Positions 54,300 through 64,000 of a stretch of 64,000 bases of DNA are shown one piece after another. The position numbers and the translations under genes were made by a program. The stretch's first letter is position 1. Each line of letters begins with the position of its first letter. Under the pieces are notes generated by a model, which made no database searches, was not told the origin of the DNA, and was given only the letters and a program-made list of their open reading frames with translations. This stretch comes from Trichoplax adhaerens (lineage: Eukaryota; Animalia; Placozoa): positions 6,897,648 through 6,961,647 of the forward strand of contig NW_002060947.1 in NCBI RefSeq assembly GCF_000150275.1, read 5' to 3'.

Positions 54300-57200
54300 G
54301 TATTATGATACTATATCCGTTTTATATTAAACTCATGTAAAATCGCGAAAAAATCATATTTTAAACTTCTGTACTAATTCTGTAAAATAAGATACGTTTG
54401 TTAGATAGTGTAATGGGAAAATTTACTTTCCCGTGCGAAGGATTAAAAGATTTCCTATCTTCAAGATGAAATGTAATATAAAAATTTAAAGACAAAGAGT
54501 TTTTAATTATTTATTCAGTATGACACGTAATCATAACTTTTTTCCTAGCCGGGAACATTACGACGGTAATTTTACATAATTACTGCATTATTAACGAAAT
54601 ACGCAGTGCTTTAAGAAAAAAAATTGAAAATAATTTACTCTATTAATCAATTGTAAATGATACCAAATTTGCTGATATAACTTTACGAAGGTGAGGAATA
54701 ATTATTATAGGACTCTGCTGCATTTTTGCACAGAGTGATGAAATTTACTACCGATATTACATTATACCGTACTATTTATAACAACTTTATTACAAGATAT
54801 ACATTATTATCGCAGATGCTTATTTTAAGATGTGTTACTTATCATCGTGATGTTGTTTCTGCGCAATTTACTGCTTACTATATATGTATTTTAACTGTTC
54901 GGATAAAGTTAATGTGGCGCTGCCTGTTTTACCGCAACATTAATTCTCTACTATTATACGCCTATGTACATGAATAAGACTATGAATACCGTGGGTTAAA
55001 TATGTATAGCTCTTTAAGCCTGATTCTTAACCCGAACTAAGTAAAATTACACTTCTCTCTATTGAAATGCTATAAAACTATTAAATGGTGTTACTTGTCT
55101 ACAATATCATCGTTCCTAGACGAAATTAATGACACGAGATCTGTATAGTTTCTTATTTGATGAAATCATTACATAAGAAATTATACAGACCCCCTATCAT
55201 TAGTTTACCTTATTAATTAAATTTCAAATAGGAACATATCGACACTATTCGTAAGCTAACATCGTTAACCTAAAAGATTGAAATCTGCTATTTCTGGCTA
55301 GCTTAAAAAATTTGAAGCGCTACCTATATTGTTGTATTTGAAAATAGTAATATTTATATGTTTCCGAATTCTAAGTTGTTTCGTCTGCATTTGTAATAAA
55401 CCCTTTACAATTTGTCTGTAATATATGCGTTGACGTTAGTATTGTTCAACAGTTTTGGAGTATTGTTGCCTAGTTGACGTACATACCCGTATGTGGATTT
55501 AAGAGGAGAATCATAATTCTCTTAGCAGGAATAGCTTTAATTTACTTTCTATAACTTCGGTAGAAAATACGAATGAATTACTTTGTAATGGTATTTATTA
55601 TATACGTATCAAGTAGCTACATTATGCGAGATGATAAGCTGAAATGAGCTGCAGTATATGCGAATGTCACTTAGAATAACAATTTATTTTATGGCAACAT
55701 TTAGTATTATTCTTGCCTAAGTGACTACAATTCATTAGCACAGCATTCAACGGTTTCATATTCCGACGTAAGTTTATTGTAAGCACAGCCCTTTCAAGAT
55801 GAATAAAGCTGCGGAAGACATTAGCAGAGGTGCACAAGAAGTATTTCCAGAGTGATTAGATGGAAAGTTATACAAAGTTTATACGTGTAGAAATCTAAAG
55901 TGGTTGGCAAAACTAATCACTATTAACTAATGAATTCTATAGTGATGTTGAATAATATTCTAAGTGATACGATCATATTACGCGCGTACAGTAGTGTCCA
56001 GTTAATACGCGTATAAGTAAAATAACTGCTAGTGTTAATTTGTTCAGAGTTACCGCTAATTATATCTTTTTAATTTCTTCAATCTCATTAGCCTCTAATA
56101 TACTACAATCTCCAAGTCTAATATTATGTTTATAAGGTTTTAATACGGCGCATCGCATGATTCATACAAAAACATTGTTATTATACTGAATAGTTAGCTA
56201 TTTGAAAATAATTCGATTTGAAACCTATCTTGACTTCAGAAATAGCAAGACCATCCATCTAGTATTGTAATACATTCAATTTATTTTGATGGCATAAGTT
56301 AATAACATTAACAAGATCTTACTATAACAATAACTTGGGTATATTATACGTAAGTCGATTAAAACACAGCTATACGAACAATAAAAATTTGTTATATAAA
56401 ATAAGATTAAACTATCCAATCCAACAATGCTACAAAATATGAAAAAGTCTTTAATGTAACATTTAGAAACCTCGCAAAAGTATGAATAATATACACTATT
56501 TATAGATATCATTTTTAGATATACACTGATATTTGAACAATCTTGAATAGTATTGATTTTAAAGTACTATCGGCTATTTCAGTATCAAAATATATAGCGA
56601 CATTGCTATACAACTAAGGGACACCATCCAATGTAGCCTTGTGCCAATAATTGAAGCTACAGAAAAAAACATTAAGAAAACCTGCTTAAAAATTGCTAGA
56701 ATGAATTTGTAAGGCATTCTATATACAGTAATAGAGATTTTACCATTCTACATCGATTACAAGTGTACATTTTCTCTTAATAAGTAAGTAAATTCTATGA
56801 TTTCGTGGTTCAATTAGGGTCATATGGTTTCAAAATCTCTCAATTTTATATATATTCAGTGGATTTGTTTCGTAGCAACAATATCCGTTTATTTATTTGG
56901 TTTCGACTAACCTAAGTATTATATCACTATAATCTATTGCATAGGATAATAAAATTACTAAATCAAGCCAATGTACGCCACCTAAAGGCTTTTCTATCTG
57001 CTTATTCTTGTATAAAATCTAAGCTTTCTATTTTATAACTATAATCAGGTCGATTCGAAAATGCATGACTTGTTTCGTTATAATAACGTCATTCTAAAGT
57101 ACCGAGATTATTCTAAATGTAGTAATGTATGAGAAATATTAATCTAATCGGTAAGTCTATCAATTTTAACTAGTCTATTCTTAACTATCCACAATTGGAA

Positions 57201-59455
57201 GTTTTCGGTATACTGTGTGATACTAATTGACATTTTAAACCTATCAGTGGTGGCATTTTTTATGCAATTTAGCTACCTTTGTAAAGAACACCCATCAGAC
57301 CTTTCTTCTCCGTTAATAGCCATTCTCGGAGTTTAGGAATATGTCTCATGTAAGCACAAGTACAGATTATTAGCAGGCCAATTGCTAGAACTCCATCAAA
57401 GCTATACGCTGTAAATAAACAGTGCCAAAATAATTCAATCAACAACAAGTAATGAGGGAATATTAGATGCTATCGATTACTCTAGCACAGATATCGCCTC
57501 AAACAAAACTTTACTAGTCTATGAATATTGTAAATAATATCGATAGCACTCAATAAGGTAATTGTAAGCTACTAAATGTAGTCATTTAATGTTAACATGG
57601 AATGGTTGACTTGCTCACTTCTTTTCTTAGACAACAGGGACCATGATTCAAAATGGAGTATCAACATAACTCATCAACACTTAACTGGAAAAGCTTACAA
57701 GATACATCAAAGCAAGAGTTACTAGTTCAGTACAATGTTGCGACGTGCATGCTTCAGGTATCACTAAGGATTGAATTGGATGTCATGGAATAGGCATTTT
57801 TATATGATGATGATCAAAATCCTTGTATCTATTTGACGCCTCCATTACTTTACTTGTACAGTATGTTAAAACTATACTATACCAGTATACAGTATACTAG
57901 TAAAGTAGAAGGATCAAGTTTTTTAATCTTCCCTTATAAAAATTGCATTCTGCATAGTACAAGCTGGCAAACTAGACTAGACGATGATTATCAATGCTTG
58001 ATGTAAAGGCTAATATCCAAAATAATAACTACTCACTCCTTGGCAATCCACTGCCAGTTATTGAAGAGATTAATTACGACTACATCATGTAAACCGCTAT
58101 TCATATCTGCATGCCAGCGGCATTCAAACCCTATCAGCAAAGGTTTATTGGATAGAGAATCCATATTGGTCAATCATGATATTCTATATTATCCCCTAAA
58201 ATATTCAATCTATACCCACGAATGCCTTATCCCTATCCAGCTTGTGCTGAAGTTGTATACTATATATACGTTTAGAAGATCGTTTGAGTTAGCGTTATTA
58301 CCATTGGTCATTCTTTCTTCTACTTGTTCTTGCAGCCACACAATCGATCAGCTCTATGGAAATAGTATCACCGAGTAGATGGAATACAGCGTCTTGGTTA
58401 TGATTGAAGTATGCGTTACAAGGATTAGTGAGAATTTCCCTTTTAGTCGTTGTTGAAATCGCGGTGAGATGGACAGAAAGCTCTTAATGGTCGCTTCTAC
58501 TGCTCTGCTGTATCAATCTAGCCGCCGGGTACTATATATTAGTACCATTCCGTCAGCATTGCATCGGATCGATGGACAAGTTATTCATACGATCTTGTAA
58601 ACCCCTATCGTGCCTATACTGTAGGTACCAGCGATCATGCCGTTTAATCACTGGTAGAATAGTGCATAAAACTCTCCCGATGCAGCCATTGCAACCTTTC
58701 GATCGATGACCTAAGCGAACAAATGATGTTCAAAGCATAGTGGGTTTACAGTAAGATGAAGAGAGCGATCGGACAGGCATGCCAACAAGGTATCCAATAC
58801 TACTGCAATGGACAGATGGCCATGATTTTACAGTATACGACTATGAAATGGCTTCTCCTTGATTTCCCTTGACAGTATGAAGAGTATACTATTCGCTATT
58901 TCCCCTTTCTATCATTTTTTCAGAGGTAAACGGAAACGGTAAAGCCATGTTGATGAAGAAACGATGGAGATCAACAGTAATATCCGACTCCTACAATTTT
59001 GATGGACTTTGATGGTATTTTCATACCGTTGATACGATGAGAGTATCAATTTGTCGCCATTCCATCAGTATCATGGAAAGTCAATGAAATTGGGTTGTCT
59101 TAAGCTCTATTTACTAGTCACTTTTCTATCTACTGTAGTTCTAGAGCAAGCATCAGTAACAGTAAGAGCTAGATCGGAAAGGCACATCGCCTACTGCTTT
59201 ATTGCAATCTTGACTTCAATTTAGTCTATCAAAACTGTCGGAGTCAAATATTACTGTTGATCCTACGACGATATACTATGGCTTTCTTGAAGTAGTCCAT
59301 GATCGGGATTCCTTCCTATGGATACCGATTTCTACTCATTTTTGGACCACAGTATGTTAATCTCATGGCAGCACTAAAGTGGACTGTAGAGTAGAAAATT
59401 TCTCTTTTCCTAATAGACGATGATGAGTTAGTTTATGACTGGCTTATCCATCTAC

Positions 59456-59487
59456 TACAGCCTACCATCAGCGGATGGTAGGCTGTA
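59456..59487. other. Perfect 14-bp stem hairpin
   Basis: TACAGCCTACCATC-AGCG-GATGGTAGGCTGTA. Confidence 0.85.
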
Positions 59488-59622
59488 TGATAGCCTACTA
59501 GCCATCACTGTGTCAACGAAATGCGAGAGATAGCTCGTAAAGGATAGTGGACTAATTTCTGTCCTTGAACAACTCCCCTTGTCAATCAAATTGCAGCTGA
59601 TTAATAAATTAATTCATTATTG

Positions 59623-61306
59623 CCTGCACAAGTGGATTAACCTTGACAAGAACAGACAAAGCCAACATTAGAGCTAAAGAATGTAAATTTGTGATGCAAA
59701 AATGTGTAAAACAGATGTCGTTTTCAATCGATTACGTTATTACGAACACCGCTTAGCTGACGACATTGGTTTTGCATCGTTGCTACGCAACTTCTTGTAC
59801 TCTACAGTAGGTCAATCTGTAGTCTTAGCCTAGCCGCCGCTAATAAGCCTTCCTTTGCTATTTAATTAATATGTAAAAATTATTTCCTGCACTAGTCGAT
59901 TAACCTTGACAAGAACAGACAAAGCCAACTGCAGAGCTAAAGGTTGTAAATTTGTGATGCAAAAATGTGTAAAACAGATGTCGTTTTCAATCGATTACGT
60001 TATTACGAACACCGCTTAGCTGACGACATTGGTTTTGCATCGTTGCTACGCAACTTCTTGTACTCTACAGTAGGTCAATCTGTAGTCTTAGCCTAGCCGC
60101 CGCTAATAAGCCTTCCTTTGCTATTTAATTAATATGTAAAAATTATTTCCTGCACTAGTCGATTAACCTTGACAAGAACAGACAAAGCCAACTGCAAAGC
60201 TGCCTTGTGTGGCCCTTCACTAAAGCAAAATGATTATGCTGCAAAAATGTGTAAAACAGATGTCGTATTGAATGGGTTACGCAACTGGCGACATTGGTTT
60301 TGCATCGTTGCTGACTCTCCAAGCTGGACAACTTATTGTACTGTAGGTCAATATGTAGTCTTAGCCTAGCCGTAAATAAACCTTCCTCTGCTATTGAATT
60401 AACATTTAAAAATTATTTCCAGCAGTCTTAGAGCTAAAGATTGTGATGCAAAAACGTAAAACATGTAATGTAAAAGGTAAAACAGATGTCGTATTCAAAG
60501 GGGTACGCACCTGGCGACATTGGTTTTGCATCGTTGCTAACTCTCCAAGCTGGGCAACTTATTGTACTGTAGGTCAATCTGTAGCCTTAGCCTAGCCGCC
60601 AATAAACCTTCCTCTGCTATTGAATCAATCAATATTTAATAAAGATTATTTGCAGCTGCCTTACAGCTGAAGACTGTGATGCCAAAATGTGCAAAACAGA
60701 TGTCATATTCAAGGGGTTACGCAACTGGCGACATTGGTTTTGCATCGTTGCTAACTCTCCAAGCTGGGCAACTTATTGTACTGTAGGTCAATCTGTAGCC
60801 TTAGCCTAGCCGCCAATAAACTTTCCTCTGCTATTGAATTAATATTTAAAAATTATTTCCAGCAGTCTTAGAGCTAAAGATTGTGATGCAAAAACGTACA
60901 ACATGTAATGTAAAATGTAAAACAGATGTCGTATTCAAGGGGTTACGCAACTGGCGACATTGGTTTTGCATCGTTGCTAACTCTCCAAGCTGGGCAACTT
61001 ATTGTACTGTAGGTCAATCTGTAGCCTTAGCCTAGCCGCCAATAAACTTTCCTCTGCTATTGAATCAATATTTAATAAAAATTAATTATTTGCAGCTGCC
61101 TTACAGCTGAAGATTGTGATGCCAAAATGTGTAAAATAGATGTCGTATTCAATGGATTACGCTGACTATCATTGGTGACATTGGTTTTGCATCCTTGCTG
61201 ACTCTCCAAGCTGGGCAACTTCTTGTACCGTACAGTACTATAGGTCAATAAGTAGTCTTAGTCTAGCCGCTAGCAAACCTTCCTCTGCTATTTAATTAAT
61301 ATTTAA
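59623..61306. repeat. Seven-unit tandem array (207-270 bp units) with an internal inverted repeat and a 440-bp higher-order dimer
   Basis: Unit starts at about 59623, 59886, 60149, 60419, 60652, 60859 and 61092. All units carry AGATGTC...GACATTGGTTTTGCATC and TAGGTCAAT..GTAG.CTTAG.CTAGCCG. Confidence 0.93.
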
Positions 61307-61572
61307 TCAACTGATGAATGAGTCACTACCGTACCATCTGTAGGCGCATTCCTGCACGGTTAATCACGGCGTCGTTCCACCGTCTGTCCGCCAGCAAGTC
61401 TCTTGCCCAATCAGCATTTTGTCAGGCGATAGTCTAGGTGCCCAAAAGGGGCCCAATATCGTATGGAAATGTATGGTGGAACGAGCCGTATCTGGTAATT
61501 GTATGCAAAGGAGTCCAGTATATCTAGCTGCAACCTCCTTGCGTTGGCTTATTTGCTGGTAAGAGAAAGCAA

Positions 61573-63621
61573 ATGGCTGCCACAACTCCTCGCCGAGCCC
61601 TTAAACCGAAAAGAAATCCCATCACCGACGACTATGTCATTTCCAAGAAAGTTCTAGGTCTAGGAGTCAATGGTAAAGTTTTAGAGTGCACTCGAAAGGG
61701 CAGCAATGAAGTGTTTGCCTTGAAGGTAACATGATGCAACCTCGTGCAATCGCTTGTACTATTTCTTGTTTTTTTTTGCAAATTTTTTTTTTCTCCCCTC
61801 TCTCTCTCCTTCTCTCGCTCGATGGAGTGGTACAATAATTTCGTCGATGATTTAAAGTGACGTACGATAGCGTTCAAGGATGACTTTGATCCAAGCATAA
61901 TTAAGATAAACAGTCTAGACAATCGATGAAACGTAGTGAATGATTTCCTATTTCTGCCAAGGCTAAAAGCATTTCGATAGCCCAATGTCGATTATACTGT
62001 AAGTCAATATCGGCATACAAGCAAAAACAACCACTGTCTAACAAGATAAACTTGCATTTGTATACCGTATGAATGAATTTGAAATGGCATCATCAAGGAA
62101 TGACACCATTAGTCGACTCTGTCAATCATTTTGCGAGATCCTTGCATCGATGGGCCATCAGTGGAAAATTAAAATTTACCGTAAAGCTCAATGGATAGAC
62201 GTATTGACACTTTTTTACTTTACTGGTATTTCCACCATTGTGCTGTTATGAATTAAAATTCAATTTTACAACATGCAAAAAAATTCTGCCTGCCAATACA
62301 TAGTTCTTGTATACTGCAAGTTCTCCTACCTGTTTATTTAAAATTGGAAAGCTGCCATAACTAGGTGCAAACGACGGGCGTTTTACGACAATCTATTTTC
62401 ACTTTACACCTATTTCGTAAAGCCATTACCCCACCTTGCTTCTTTACCTTTCTGACTTTTCGCCTGAAATTGAATAAAGAGCGAGACTACATTCATATTT
62501 AGTTCATTCTTGTCTTCACATTACGGTATAGACATATTGTAGTCAACTCACTTATTAATTAAATTGAATTTCGATTTATATGCAATAAAAACCAGATCCA
62601 ATTGACCACCTACGCGATACGATAACGTATTTTCCCCTTCTACTGCAATCGAATCTTGCCCCATTCATCAATCTCTCATTTTTTTCTAGTGTATCATTAG
62701 TATTAATTCAATCGAGGTATTGATGATATTCTTGAACATCATGAAACTTTTTTGTATAGTCATGTTAGATCACTGTTCCTCTAGCTTGTAGGATTTACCG
62801 GCTAATCAATATCGAACAATATCTTGTATTGCTTGCATTGTAGCAGTTGGTATCGACTCAAAACTAATTCTAACGCTACTGTTTTTTTTTTATTTTATTG
62901 ATTATATCGATACAATCGATGTCGTAGATTCTCAAAAGCGTACCTAAAGCTAGAAGGGAATTAGATTTACACTGGCGCTGTTGTGATCACCCAAACATTG
63001 TCAAAATTATCGATGTCTACGAAAACAGAGATAGTAAAGATATTTACTTGCTAGTGGTCATGGAATGGTAAGTTTGCGATGTATACCTTACATTAGTTTC
63101 TTTATGCTATTTTAGGAGTAGTGAACAGTAATTACATGACCGAAGCACTTGATCCGTTGATCGTTAAGTAGCGACAGCAAGTGGTACTTTATTGATAGTA
63201 AATCCAATGAAAGAACAAGGAATAATCTTATTCAAAATTGAGTCATTGCTGTTACACATTGATACCGCGGATTGCGTTAAAATATCAAAGTAAACTACAT
63301 CAATCATAAACCATCTTAAACTGTCATTTGGTTTAAAAATTAGGATTGACAGTCTATTCATTATCGTCTCTAACATAAGTTATACGACCTATTGATTATA
63401 TCAGCGTGTTGCTTTTTCTCATTATTATTCGATATCTTTAGATCTTGTACTCACAGTAGTCTGCTTTTAAGCGTAAAATCAACATGTTTAGATATAATAA
63501 TTGTAGTATTATAAAAATAGAGATTAAACTGAAAATATACTTGCTTGACACTATAGCATGAAAGGTGGTGAATTATTCGACCGCATTCACAAGAGAGCTA
63601 ATAGCGCTTTTACTGAAAGAG
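61573..63621 (+). CDS. MAPKAPK2: MAP kinase-activated protein kinase 2/3, 5' partial (continues beyond the window)
   Basis: Exons 61573-61725 ([31 protein letters not shown]), 62928-63067 ([32 protein letters not shown]), 63557-63621 ([21 protein letters not shown]). These are hallmark MK2/MK3 motifs. Confidence 0.93.
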
Positions 63622-64000
63622 GTAAGTGATCGATGGTTGTTTGCTATCAACTAATAAGTTAATTATCAATGATATTTTTAAGGGTTAAATTGTTCATACA
63701 AATTATGTTGGATTTTTCAATTATTAGTACTGTAGTTAGCATAGAGGCAAAACAGTTCCGTATACATATCGTTAATACATCCTCAACATTAAGTAATGTC
63801 TCGGTAGATGAGTTGTACCTATACAGTCCATGCTATAATGATCTAAAGGGAAACGACTAGAACCGATATTGCTAATTAAAATCAATTGTAATGCGCTTTT
63901 CATCAAAAAAGTTTTTTGTCGGCATCTTTTGTGCCTGACTACTGCCGTATGTATGAGTATATTGTATAAGAGTCAATTTGGTTTAAACGGTATAATATTA

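Noticed and set aside
58040-58378. 112-aa plus-strand ORF
   Set aside because: Non-ATG start, no motif, and no consistent flanking splice sites.
59623-61306. CRISPR-like array (conserved palindromic repeats with variable inserts)
   Set aside because: Units are over 200 bp, the variable loops are homologous to each other rather than unique spacers, there are no cas genes, and the context is eukaryotic.
61311-61400. Hammerhead ribozyme core (CTGATGA) at the end of the tandem array
   Set aside because: No stem II followed by GAAA, and the motif is not part of the repeat unit.
61632-61985. 117-aa minus-strand ORF
   Set aside because: Antisense to MAPKAPK2 exon 1 and a low-complexity T/CT tract in intron 1.

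Overview
AT-rich, intron-dense animal genomic DNA. It is not prokaryotic; the compact introns and gene content suggest an early-branching metazoan such as a placozoan (Trichoplax-like), which is an inference. Six protein-coding genes can be assembled by hand from GT-AG exons: (1) a ~2,175-aa, 32-exon GRL101/RXFP-type (type C) LRR-GPCR with a large ectodomain of 9 CUB and 11 LDLa modules (7453-22407,+); (2) a RASSF2/4/6-class RA+SARAH protein (24710-28523,+); (3) LRRC45 (29378-34379,-), with an RFX X-box upstream; (4) a single-coding-exon class A GPCR that has lost its canonical activation motifs (38340-39380,+); (5) a B-Raf-like kinase (42789-54299,+) that retains the BRS domain and a U12-type intron; (6) the 5' part of MAPKAPK2/3 (61573 onward,+, runs off the window). 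Non-coding structure includes three unrelated tandem arrays in Raf intron 1 (one with a (TTAGGG)3 seam), a 7-unit hairpin-bearing array with a 440-bp higher-order repeat just upstream of MAPKAPK2, a MITE-like inverted repeat, and a dense TACAGTA/TACTGTA cluster at the Raf 5' end. Bases 1-7400 and 54300-57500 look like featureless intergenic DNA. All exon coordinates are manual and lack transcript support.
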